Shown here: piece after piece, positions 9,136 to 19,100 of the stretch
How positions within the stretch are numbered: the stretch's first letter is position 1
How the letters are laid out: each line of letters opens with the position of its first letter
Source: a virus
Lineage: Duplodnaviria > Caudoviricetes
Reading direction: 5' to 3' (one strand)
DNA length: 64,000 nucleotides
IMG/VR virus record: IMGVR_UViG_3300029288_000170
Span: 4,003 to 68,002 of that record
Notes under the pieces: generated by a model
Databases searched by the model: none
What the model saw: the letters and a program-made list of their open reading frames with translations, nothing else
What the model was told of the DNA's origin: nothing
Made by a program: the position numbers and the translations under genes

Positions 9136-10317
9136 ATGGAACTGAAAAATCTAACATTAGAAGATATACGTAAACTAGATACAGAGGGTAAAAAAGCCCT
9201 TTTTGAGTCTAAAAAATCGCAAATTAAATACACTGATACTATCTTATCTACTCCATTGCTTCGCGCCAAGGAATCTACTCTACCTACCCAAGACGAAGTT
9301 AAAAAAAAAGATAGTCTAGATGTTACTATAGTATGTAACACAGCTTGGTTCTGTGACAGTCACATGGATGTGCTTACTGCTGATAGTTACAACAACTCAG
9401 TTAAGGCTAGAGGAACTACTGTACCTCATATAGCAGATCACAGACAATCATCTACAAGTCATGTTGGTGATGTAACTGCACTTTATACAAAAGAAGTTGC
9501 GCTAAAGGACTTAGGGTTAGAGCAGGAAGGTAAAACTACTGCTTTGATTATGGAAAGTACTGTACGGAAGGATTATAATGAGGATGTTTTTAAGTTTTAT
9601 GCGAATGGGAAGATTAATCAACATTCGATAGGTTTACGATACGTTAAAATCTATTTAGCTTATGACTCATCTGATCCTGATGAAGCTGCATATAAGGACG
9701 TATGGGACAAATACTATCCTTCAATCATTAATAAAGAAGAAGTAGATAAAAGAGGTTATTTTTGGGCAGTTACAGAAATAGACTTAATGGAAAATAGCTG
9801 TGTACTATTCGGTGCAAACTCTCTAACACCGACATTAGAAGTAAAGAGTTTATTTCCGGTTGATGGTTTAAAAGAACCAACGGAAGTAATTAAAAAAGAA
9901 CCATTAACCACAACAAAGGGCATTTATATGACTTTAGAAGAAGCATTGCTTGAGAATGTAAATCTCAAAGCACAAGTAGATAGTGCTAAAGCTGCAACAG
10001 TACTAGCTGTAGCTAAAGCAACACAAGACGAACGTAATAGAACTTTAGGTATTCTGGAAGCCGCTAATACATTTAAACTTAAACCAGATTTGGCTATTAA
10101 ACGCATTAAATCAAACACAACTGTAGAAGATGCAGTTTCTATGTTTGAAGATATTGCTGAATCAGTTACTAAAGGCAATCCTTTAGATACTACTGATGGT
10201 GTCTTGCCGTCTGTTACTAAAACTACTGTAGGTGAAGAACAAGACTTTCATTCAGTTTTGGGTGAAGCCTTCAAAAAAGTAGAATCCATTCAACCACTAT
10301 TTAAGGATATGAAATAA
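9136..10317 (+). CDS. Prohead protease fused to C-terminal scaffold region
   Basis: DSHMD, HIADH, NQHSIG and ENSCVLFGAN motifs of caudoviral prohead proteases, then helical Ala/Lys-rich tail; position before decoration/capsid genes. Confidence 0.75.
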   Translation: MELKNLTLEDIRKLDTEGKKALFESKKSQIKYTDTILSTPLLRAKESTLPTQDEVKKKDSLDVTIVCNTAWFCDSHMDVLTADSYNNSVKARGTTVPHIADHRQSSTSHVGDVTALYTKEVALKDLGLEQEGKTTALIMESTVRKDYNEDVFKFYANGKINQHSIGLRYVKIYLAYDSSDPDEAAYKDVWDKYYPSIINKEEVDKRGYFWAVTEIDLMENSCVLFGANSLTPTLEVKSLFPVDGLKEPTEVIKKEPLTTTKGIYMTLEEALLENVNLKAQVDSAKAATVLAVAKATQDERNRTLGILEAANTFKLKPDLAIKRIKSNTTVEDAVSMFEDIAESVTKGNPLDTTDGVLPSVTKTTVGEEQDFHSVLGEAFKKVESIQPLFKDMK

Positions 10318-11108
10318 TGGCTACTAACAACGGTGCATGGTATAACTATGCTAATGTAAGTCCTAGAGCTACTTTCTTTCGTAACTCACGTAGGGCGACT
10401 AAATCTGTAACAGTTAAGTCTGGTCAAGTACTCAAAGCTATGTCTTTCCTGGAAACAGGAACAGATGGTAAAGCTATTGCTCATAGTGGCATTAATGAAA
10501 AAGCATTAGTCACTTTTGCAGATATTACAAACGCTCAAACAGTTATCTTAGCTGGTTTGACATTTACTGCTGGTGCTTCTGGTGCAACTAAAGAAGAACT
10601 AGTTACTGCTTGGACTGGTTTACAAGCTGGTGTTACTGCTGCTGCGGCTACTACACAAAATCCTGTAACTGGTGGTACTTTTACTGCTGGTACTTTAACT
10701 GGTTGGAATGTAGATGCTTCTGCAACTGCTGACAGTGTGTTGTTTGTATCAACTACGCCATTCGCGGGTGTAACTGATTTAGCTGATTCTGGTACTGCTA
10801 CTGACCCAACTATTGCTATTACAGCCGTAGTTGATCCTATTAATAAAGTAGCTGGTGTTTTGTTATATGACGTAGATGCTTCTGCTGCTGATGTAGTTGC
10901 TGAAGCTTATGTAGAAGCTAGTTTTTGGGCAGATGCTTTAGTTTGGGATGCTGACATTACTACTGATACAATTACTTTGTACGATGGTACTACTAAAGCT
11001 GTCACAGCTTACAACACTGGTGCTACATCAGACATTCTTAAACAAAAGTTTGTGGAAAATACACCTTTCCATGAATTAGGATTCAAAAAAGCAGGAGAGG
11101 TATATTAA
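10317..11108 (+). CDS. Head decoration protein (gpD-like) with large inserted domain
   Basis: VTVKSGQVLKA N-part and VAGVLLYDVDASAADVVAEAYVEASF C-part of gpD-type cement proteins separated by about 120 Thr/Ala/Gly-rich residues. Confidence 0.7.
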   Translation: MATNNGAWYNYANVSPRATFFRNSRRATKSVTVKSGQVLKAMSFLETGTDGKAIAHSGINEKALVTFADITNAQTVILAGLTFTAGASGATKEELVTAWTGLQAGVTAAAATTQNPVTGGTFTAGTLTGWNVDASATADSVLFVSTTPFAGVTDLADSGTATDPTIAITAVVDPINKVAGVLLYDVDASAADVVAEAYVEASFWADALVWDADITTDTITLYDGTTKAVTAYNTGATSDILKQKFVENTPFHELGFKKAGEVY

Positions 11109-11109
11109 T

Positions 11110-12243
11110 ATGGCTGAATTTCTTTCACCCTATGAAACAAGTAAGCTACTGGAAGGCGTTATTCCTGCCGAAAAAGTAGCTAGACCTAATTGGTTACAGT
11201 CTGCTTTTGGTACTGTAACTACTAGAGACACAGAAACAGTAAACTTTGATGTTGAATTTGCAACAAAGAATACTCCTGCAATGTATGTAGCTCCTAATGC
11301 AGATGCTCCTTTAATCCAACTGCAAGGTTATGGTACAAAGGAACTGCGTTTTGCCTATGTTAAAGAAGGTTTATCTTCACCAGATTACGAAGAAATCAAC
11401 TTTAGACAAATGGGACAACAGTTCGGCCAAGTAGATATTATGGCGAATTGGGTAGCTAATGTACGTAAAAAACTTACAGTAACAGAAGCTAACTTCGAAA
11501 ACTTGTTCGAATTGAACGCTTCTAACTTAATCTTTACAGGTGTACATACTGCTGAATCAGAAAAACACCCTAAAGTGTACTATGATTTTGCTAGAACTAA
11601 AGTTACTACTGATGCAGGTTATTTGGCTGGTAATGTTCCTGAAATTGACTTAACTACTTTAAACGGTAACGGTGGAGTAGGTAAACGTGCTTGGGGTTCT
11701 ACTGGTGGTACTGCTGCCCCAACACCTTACCGTGACTTTGTTAAAGCTTGCCAAACATCTTTACGTAAAGGCCCAATTCGTGCGGCAGTTCTTTCTGGTG
11801 ATGCTTATGAATTGTTAGAAGCTGATATTACTGCTAACTTTTCTTCTGCTGCCGATTTAACTAAAGCAGTTGAAGCTAGAATTGAACTGAAAATTCTTCC
11901 TACTATTGAAAAATATCAGGATTTAAACTTTAGACGTTCAATCCCTATTGGTCAAGGTATGTTCGTAGATGTATTCACCTACGATGCTATTTATCACAAC
12001 CGTACCACTGGTGTTGCAGCTAAGTTTGTTCCAGATGGTTATATGGCTATTCTGCCTTCATCTGATAAAGGTATTAAAATCTATGGACGTATCATGCACT
12101 TAAAAGCTAGATATGCTGCCATGCCAAGATTTGTTAATACTTGGATTGATCCTAAGTCCGATAAGATGGAATCTGAAATTCATTGTAACTATTTGATGGG
12201 TTTTAGTGACATTGATGCTGTGGTAGCCTGGAAAGTTAAGTAA
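11110..12243 (+). CDS. Major capsid protein, lambda gpE family
   Basis: 377 aa; TETVNFDVE, PAMYVAPNA motifs; follows decoration gene; strong codon bias. Confidence 0.88.
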   Translation: MAEFLSPYETSKLLEGVIPAEKVARPNWLQSAFGTVTTRDTETVNFDVEFATKNTPAMYVAPNADAPLIQLQGYGTKELRFAYVKEGLSSPDYEEINFRQMGQQFGQVDIMANWVANVRKKLTVTEANFENLFELNASNLIFTGVHTAESEKHPKVYYDFARTKVTTDAGYLAGNVPEIDLTTLNGNGGVGKRAWGSTGGTAAPTPYRDFVKACQTSLRKGPIRAAVLSGDAYELLEADITANFSSAADLTKAVEARIELKILPTIEKYQDLNFRRSIPIGQGMFVDVFTYDAIYHNRTTGVAAKFVPDGYMAILPSSDKGIKIYGRIMHLKARYAAMPRFVNTWIDPKSDKMESEIHCNYLMGFSDIDAVVAWKVK

Positions 12244-12269
12244 TTTAACAGGTAGTAATTGGAGATCCA

Positions 12270-12851
12270 ATGCCTAAAGATAGTACTTTCGTTGAGATAT
12301 ACGGTTTAGCTGATTTGAAAGAATCACTGGAAGGTAAGAAGTTAAAACGAGATATACCTAAAGGCATTGGTTCTGCTGCTAAAACTATTCATTCTGCACT
12401 AAAGTTCGAACTAGCTCAAAAGTACAATGTACCACACAATTTAGATAGTGTTCTAGTAGGTAAGTCTACATCTAACGTAACTTTTGGTAAAAATGTTATG
12501 GAAGGTGGTTTAGTTTATAAATGGAAACCAGTAGACCTAGCTAAATTTCCTTATGCTTGGGAGTGGGGTAACATACCACCATTACCTAAAAAGAGGAAAG
12601 GTAAAGTACATTCGGTAGCTGTTAGAAGGGGAAGTAAGAAAATAGTACATGGTAAATCTAATCATGGTGGTTTTACGCAAAAGAATGGTTATTACGGAAC
12701 TCAGATGTTTGAACGTGTGGGTAGAGAAAGAAAACCTTTAAGACTTTTGTTTGGCCCATCCCTATCTGAAATGGCTTCTAGAAGTTTAGATAGTCCTAAA
12801 GTTACTAAAGCAATAGATGATTTAGTAGAATACATTATTGAGGTTATTTAA
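12270..12851 (+). CDS. Tail completion / minor tail protein (gpZ-like)
   Basis: Basic protein ending FERVGRERKPLRLLFGPSLSEM, typical of gpZ-like proteins; synteny. Confidence 0.6.
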   Translation: MPKDSTFVEIYGLADLKESLEGKKLKRDIPKGIGSAAKTIHSALKFELAQKYNVPHNLDSVLVGKSTSNVTFGKNVMEGGLVYKWKPVDLAKFPYAWEWGNIPPLPKKRKGKVHSVAVRRGSKKIVHGKSNHGGFTQKNGYYGTQMFERVGRERKPLRLLFGPSLSEMASRSLDSPKVTKAIDDLVEYIIEVI

Positions 12852-13174
12852 TGGAAACACAAGAAGATATAACAGTAATGTTAGATGTTGTAGGTGAAAG
12901 CTTAGTTTTCACTGGTGTTACTATTAAAGGAATACCTGGACAAGCAGTTTATAATGTTCAGAACTTTGATTCTCCTTATGATGTAGAGAAACAAGACTTT
13001 AGTTTTCAAATATCTGCTACTTCTTTTTATGCTAATTCTTTAGATGGTTTGTCCTTCACATATACTCATCCTTCAAACCCTAAAAAGTTTACCTTTAAAA
13101 TCTTATCCTTCTCGGACGATTTAACAGGTTGGGTTGAGATTAAAGTAAAACTAACTGGAAAAGCTAATGTTTAG
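12851..13174 (+). CDS. Head closure/adaptor protein (putative)
   Basis: Size, beta-rich composition, position in neck block. Confidence 0.45.
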   Translation: METQEDITVMLDVVGESLVFTGVTIKGIPGQAVYNVQNFDSPYDVEKQDFSFQISATSFYANSLDGLSFTYTHPSNPKKFTFKILSFSDDLTGWVEIKVKLTGKANV

Positions 13175-13565
13175 TGAAAGTGATTTAGTTACATGGATTG
13201 GAAATCAAACTTCTTATTCAACCTACTTAGCCGAAGATACTTCAATAGATAACCTAGACTTACCAGTACCTAGAGTTTATGTAGGACATTTGGGTATTAA
13301 ATTAGAAAATCCTAGTGACTTACATTGGAATGGTTATAGTGGACAAGAGAACCAAGAAGTACTTTTAACATCCATACAGTTTATCTGTAATCGTACTGAT
13401 TTAGTAACTGTTCGGACTAATGTGAAAAATGCTTATAACTCTTTCGTTATAGACGATCCAGATACTTCTAAGGTAAGTTTTGCAGAAGCTAGTGTAATAG
13501 AAAAGAATAGCGATAGAATCTATTGGCAAGAAATAGTAGCAACAATTATGCCTAGAATGGGCTAA
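13167..13565 (+). CDS. Tail terminator protein (putative)
   Basis: Acidic 132 aa, VPRVYVG motif, precedes tail tube gene. Confidence 0.5.
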   Translation: MFSESDLVTWIGNQTSYSTYLAEDTSIDNLDLPVPRVYVGHLGIKLENPSDLHWNGYSGQENQEVLLTSIQFICNRTDLVTVRTNVKNAYNSFVIDDPDTSKVSFAEASVIEKNSDRIYWQEIVATIMPRMG

Positions 13566-13602
13566 ATAAACAACTTTACAAACACTAACAAAAGGTGATA
13601 CA

Positions 13603-13779
13603 ATGGCAATATATCAAGAAAACCCTGATGGTAGTTTAACCTGTGTTAAAGCAGATACTACACTAGCAGATGTAATTACAGAAAAGACGAACTCTTTACT
13701 AGAACAAGGACTAGAAGTAACTCCTTGTGTTAAAGAACTACTTGAACTACCCGTACCATCAAAAAAGAAAGAGGTATAA
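13603..13779 (+). CDS. Small hypothetical protein (58 aa), not in ORF track
   Basis: AAAGGTG RBS, ATG 13603, MAIYQENPDGSLTCVK...KKKEV stop 13779; fills the gap before the tail tube gene. Confidence 0.6.
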   Translation: MAIYQENPDGSLTCVKADTTLADVITEKTNSLLEQGLEVTPCVKELLELPVPSKKKEV

Positions 13780-13782
13780 TCT

Positions 13783-15060
13783 ATGGGTGTTAAATTTCAT
13801 GAGAAGGCGATTGCCATTTACGGGGTAGCTCAGATAGCAGAAGGCAACTCAGCTATTAAGACAACTGCTCAAACCACTGGTACAGTAACTACTACAGTAG
13901 CTTCGGCTAACTTAGTTGGTACAGGTACAGAATTTTTAACTGAATTAACCGTTAACTCTTATATTTTTGATCCTACTGGAGCTATTATCGGTCAGGTTAA
14001 AACAGTAACTACTGATACTGCTGCTGTCTTGTATGATGTAGTTCCTGCATCTGCTACAGTTCAAAGTGCTGGTGTTATGGCTATTGCAACTGCTGTTACT
14101 GATGTTGAGTTCTCTACAGGCTTAGGCCCAAAGAACGCATTAGCAGTTCTTAACCTTAACTACTCTACTGAACTAGAAACAGAAGCTTTCCAATATACAG
14201 GAGATGAATTAGATAGAGATGAAACTACTGTTATTAAAGACAAGTACGCTAAGTTTGATTTTGAAACCTTTATTCCAGCACTAGGTACTATTGCTGGTAC
14301 TGATCCTACTGTATATGAAATACCTATGCCTGATTGGTTTCAAGCAGCAGGTATGGCAGCAGTACTATCTACTGGTTCAGGTGGCTATGTTAAATATACT
14401 AATGGTGTTGCATCTAATGTATATATGACTATCGAAGTTAGACGGTCAAGTCCTGATTTGGCGGCATTGTTCTTGCAAAAATCGTTTGTAGTTACTGATG
14501 GTCGTGGTAACGTAGACTTAGACGATACAATGGGTACTAAAGGTAAGTTAAAATGGAACTTCCAAGGTAATTTAACTACTATTGCAGATAAAACAACTAT
14601 AGTACCCAACTTTGTAGATCAGAAAACAACTGTTGCGGGTTCGATTAAATCCTCTACTATCTCATTGTCTGAGTTAACACTTTATACTGATGCTAATGAA
14701 CCAGCAGTAGGTGGAACTAGTAACGTCTGTTTCGATAAACTAAATGCACCAAATGTATCTGGTTTTGAGTACTCTAGATACTTAACTGGTTGTGGTGATG
14801 GTTGGTCAAAAGGTGCTGTTCCTACTGATGTAACTATTACTATTATTGAAGATAAGGCTGGTGCTACTTATAATCCAGATGACCAGTTAGAGGTTAACCA
14901 TAAATTGACTTTGAGATATGGTTCAACTACTGGTTTTAAAGTTGAGAAAACTTTTAAGAAGTTGCAGTTGGCTAAAGTAACAAATAGTAAGGTTGCTAAT
15001 TATTCTGGACAGGATTTATCTTTCAGAAATATTGGTGTTACTGAGTTAAAACTTTATTAA
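13783..15060 (+). CDS. Major tail tube protein with N-terminal inserted domain
   Basis: 425 aa, high-expression codon bias, followed by hairpin and chaperone genes; Thr-rich insert GTVTTTVASANLVGTGTEFLTEL. Confidence 0.75.
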   Translation: MGVKFHEKAIAIYGVAQIAEGNSAIKTTAQTTGTVTTTVASANLVGTGTEFLTELTVNSYIFDPTGAIIGQVKTVTTDTAAVLYDVVPASATVQSAGVMAIATAVTDVEFSTGLGPKNALAVLNLNYSTELETEAFQYTGDELDRDETTVIKDKYAKFDFETFIPALGTIAGTDPTVYEIPMPDWFQAAGMAAVLSTGSGGYVKYTNGVASNVYMTIEVRRSSPDLAALFLQKSFVVTDGRGNVDLDDTMGTKGKLKWNFQGNLTTIADKTTIVPNFVDQKTTVAGSIKSSTISLSELTLYTDANEPAVGGTSNVCFDKLNAPNVSGFEYSRYLTGCGDGWSKGAVPTDVTITIIEDKAGATYNPDDQLEVNHKLTLRYGSTTGFKVEKTFKKLQLAKVTNSKVANYSGQDLSFRNIGVTELKLY

Positions 15061-15068
15061 TCTTTATC

Positions 15069-15093
15069 GGGGAGTGTAACAACTCCCCATTTT
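15069..15093 (+). terminator. Stem-loop after tail tube gene (terminator/attenuator)
   Basis: GGGGAGT-gtaaca-ACTCCCC followed by ATTTT. Confidence 0.6.
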
Positions 15094-15110
15094 AAACTAT
15101 TGGGGTCAAT

Positions 15111-15335
15111 ATGAAAGATCAACATACGCAGATTAGAGGATATAGGGACTTATCACAAGAAGAAATAAACCTGATGAATGAAATTAAAGATACAGGTATA
15201 GTCTTAGGTTCTTTAATTGAAAAGTTGCAACTATACAAACAATTAGATCAAAGATTTGTAGCATTAGGTAAAACAGACTTACAAACAGGTATTATGTACC
15301 TAGTTAGAGCAGTAGCTCAACCAACAACTTTCTAA
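15111..15335 (+). CDS. acb2: Anti-CBASS cyclic-oligonucleotide sponge, Acb2 family
   Basis: QHTQIRGYRDLSQEEINLMNEIK ... RFVALGKTDLQTGIMYLVRAVAQP matches the Acb2/T4 Vs.4 signature including Y11 and K26 at the same positions as in PaMx33 Acb2. Confidence 0.9.
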   Translation: MKDQHTQIRGYRDLSQEEINLMNEIKDTGIVLGSLIEKLQLYKQLDQRFVALGKTDLQTGIMYLVRAVAQPTTF

Positions 15336-15358
15336 ATAACAACATTGAGGACAAAACA

Positions 15359-15820
15359 ATGGCAAAATTATCAGTAAAACTTCAAAAGCCCACAATCGAA
15401 TTACCAGTTAAAGCTAAAGATGCTGCTGGTGAAATAGATACAATTAAAGTAGGCTTCAAACGCTATGAACAAAAAGACTCTCAAGCTAAATTGAAAAAGC
15501 TTCAAGAGATTCTTAAAGCAGAAGAAGAAAATGAAGAACCTACTACCGAACAGTTAGATAAAGCGATCTCAGAAGAAATCGTTTATATCAAAGATGTTAA
15601 TCTTGAACTAGAAGATGATAATGGCAAGGTTAAGAAAGTACATATAGCTGACACCCGTACAGCTACTCCGATTCCTACTCTGTGGGAGACTAGTGAGGAA
15701 TGTTTAGCCGTCCTCACTGAACTCTACCTCGCTTCTTCTCCTTACAGAGTAGGTCTTTTATCTGCATCTATGAAAGCATTAGTTAATAGTGACTTTGCTT
15801 CCGGTGAGATAAAAAACTAA
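15359..15820 (+). CDS. Tail assembly chaperone (gpG-like)
   Basis: Position before tape measure; ends in slippery ATA AAA AAC TAA. Confidence 0.75.
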   Translation: MAKLSVKLQKPTIELPVKAKDAAGEIDTIKVGFKRYEQKDSQAKLKKLQEILKAEEENEEPTTEQLDKAISEEIVYIKDVNLELEDDNGKVKKVHIADTRTATPIPTLWETSEECLAVLTELYLASSPYRVGLLSASMKALVNSDFASGEIKN

Positions 15821-16197
15821 TAGAGGCTGGTGAGATACTAGGAAAGGCTGTTCTTTCAATACATAAACAAGCTGAAATTGATAAGGTAGATGAAGAAGCT
15901 AGTTTGTTGGAAGAACAGTTCCCTGGAATGGTGTTTGCAGAAGATGAAGAGGAAGATATAGAGGAAGAAGAGGAAGTATTTTACTTATGGGATAGTTTAA
16001 ACTACTTGTTTGAATTATATAAAATTCTGAAAAACTACAACTCTGCAAATTACGAAATCAATTCAGCCGTTATGCTAAAACTTATAGATGTTGACAATCT
16101 ACCAGTCAAACAGACTATAGAGTATATCCCGTACCTACATTCGGGTTACATTAAAACCATCCAACCTCGGACTACTGATAATGGCAACGGCAACTGA
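15810..16197 (+). CDS. Tail assembly chaperone gpGT extension via -1 programmed frameshift
   Basis: A AAA AAC heptamer at 15810-15817; the -1 frame is open (LIEAGEILGKAVLSIHKQ...) and continuous with ORF 15904..16197. Confidence 0.8.
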
Positions 16198-19100
16198 AAA
16201 AACGCTAAAAATCAGGATAGTTACTCAACTATCTGGTGAAGATGCTTTCAAAAAGTTAGGGGCTAGTATAGACTCTGACAACACAAAAATCAATCAATTC
16301 TCTACAACATTAAAGAAAAACAAAGAGGGTGTAGATGTTTATACACATTCAATTCAATTACTTTCTAAAAACCTTAACGATCTTAGAATAGCTAAAGAAG
16401 TAACTGATGCTGTTTTTAACAATAAAGTTAAAACCAACAATCCTATTATCTCAGAAAATCCACTTAAATCACAACTCACGGCACAAAACCAAATTGCTGC
16501 TGCCTATGCTGAACAATCCAGACTAGCTACTGCAAATTTATACAAGCAACTAGCTTTAGAACAATCTATTCGTATAAATGGAAACACTAGTTTAAAAGTC
16601 TTACAGCTAAAAGCTGCACAAGATGAACAAGCTATTAAGGAAAATCTGGCTAATAGATTAAACTCCATTGAAGAAGATATTAAAAATGGAGTTATTACTA
16701 AAGTTAAACAAGCTGAGAAAGCTAGGGTAGATGCTGTAAAACTTGCTGCTAAAGAGATAACACAAATACGTAAAGCTACTGAAGCAGAAGAGTCTAAAAT
16801 AGTTAAACGGGATACTTCTGCTAATATCTTTAAAACTGAAACTGATAGAGCCATAACTGAAATGAATAGAAGATTGTCTATGGAACAAACCATTAGACAG
16901 CATGGCGCTAAAAGCATAGAAACCTTAGAACTGAAGTCTGCTAATGAAGTAATAGCTATTCGTGAACGTATGGCTGCTAAATTGCTTGAAGTAGAAAATA
17001 GATTACGTACAGGTACATTGGGTAATAGAGGGCAAGCAAATTTAATTCGCTCGAACATTCTTAAACAAGAAGAACGTGAAATCAATCAAGTTACTTCCAG
17101 TTATGATAAACAGATACATGCTTTGCGGGAAGCTGCAAATGAACACCAAAATTTATTTACACGGGTTGGTGAGATTGTAGGTATTTACCGTATATGGAAC
17201 TTTACCATTAACTCTGTAGTTGCTGCTTTAAAAGCTATCCCAAAAATAGGCATTGAGTTAGAATCTACCCAAGCAAGTTTGACTGCTACAACAGGTAGTT
17301 CATCTGGTTTGGCTAGTGTTATGAGCTTTTTAAAGAATGAAGCTGAAAGAACTGGTATTGCTGTAAGCACGTTAAGAGAAACCTTTAGAGGTTTTCAAGC
17401 ATCTACAAGTTTAGCTGGTGAAACATTACAAACTACTGTTAATATTTTTCGTGATATTAATACAGTTGTGACTAGTTTACACTTACCTGCTGAAAAAGCT
17501 TCTGGTATATTCAATGCGTTAGCTCAGATATTTAACAAATCTAAAGTACAATCAGAAGAGTTAGTTAAGCAGTTAGGTAACTTAATTCCTGGTGCGTTTG
17601 CTGCCTTTGCTGCTGCTAATAAAGCCCAATTTGCTAATTCGTCTATTCTTATTGAAGAAATGAAGAAAGGAACGGTATTTGCACACGAAACAGTTGAAAG
17701 ATTTGCTGCGTTCCTATCAAATAGATTTGCTTCTTCTTTTGATATTGCTAGTAAAGGATTAAATGCAAATATCGGTAGGATGCAAACTAGTTTTACATTG
17801 CTAGGAGAAGCTATTTATGGTTTATCTTCTGGAGCTTTAAGCGATATAACTAAAAGTTTAACTTCTTTTGCTAATTACTTAACATCATCTATAGATGGTA
17901 CTACAAATCTAACTGTTGCTGTAAAAGGCTTAACGGAAGCTTTAATACTTTTAGCCAGTGCAGGTTTCTTAAAAGTTATAGACAAAGCTTTATTAGCTAG
18001 TTCAACTATAGTCGCAACTACTGGTGTTATGGCTAGGCTGTCTGGTGCCGGTTATTTAGCTGTAGCGGCTTTAGATAAACTAAAATTGGCTTTTGGTTTC
18101 TTAGTAAACCCATATACAATTATTGCTGGTATTGGTTTATTAATTTATCATTTTGGTAACTTACAAGATAGGGTTAATGAGACTGCTAAAGCGGTAGCAC
18201 AGAAATCAAAAGAAATGTTAGAGTCTATCAAAGCGGCTCAAAACCCATCTAGGGAGAAAATACTACTAGAATTAGATTTTGATGTTGCCAATGATTCTAT
18301 GGTAAAGACCTTACGTAAACAGATTCAGGAAGAGCAAAAAAATATATCTGATTTATCTAAAAAACAATTAACATTAGGTTTTTCAACTAAAGAAGCTATC
18401 AAACAAAATGATGAAAGAGTACAACAACTTAAAGAGGCTAGAATCCGTTTACAGGATTTAACCAAAGAAGAAGCTAACGCAGTAAAGGTAGCTAAAGAAA
18501 AGTTGCAAATTCAAAATGCTGAACAACGAACTTTAACTAATCTAACGGGTGTAAATCCTGCTGGAGTTTTACGTGAACAAAAGCTAAAAGAGCTTAGTTT
18601 TACTAATCCTGTAGCTTTTGCTAGAGAAAACTATCTAGAAACTGCTTCATCTGATCTTAAAGGGTTATCTGAAAAGATAGAACAATACCCAAAAGATATA
18701 AAAGTACTCCAAGATGAAATAGCCAATTTAACTAAAGTAGCTTCTACGGCGACAGGTTCACAATTAGAAGAAACTACTATAGCTATTGAATCTTTAAAAG
18801 GAAGATTGAATGAAACTAAAACATTATTAGATCAATCAATTAATAGTGTTAATTTAATTTATAGTAATGCTGATAAGGCAGCAGAGAAAGCTAAGACTAA
18901 AACAGAAAAGTCAGGTAATAAAGCTGTAGAATCTGCACATGCTCTAAGTATGACTACGTTAAAAGCACATTTAGCTGAACTTAAAGAAGCTGCTGAGACA
19001 GAAGTTAAAATTCATAAGGATAAACAAAACGAATTAGATTTATTGCAAAAATTAGGTAGAGTTTCATTAGCTACTTACTACTCAGGTTTGATTGAAGAAA

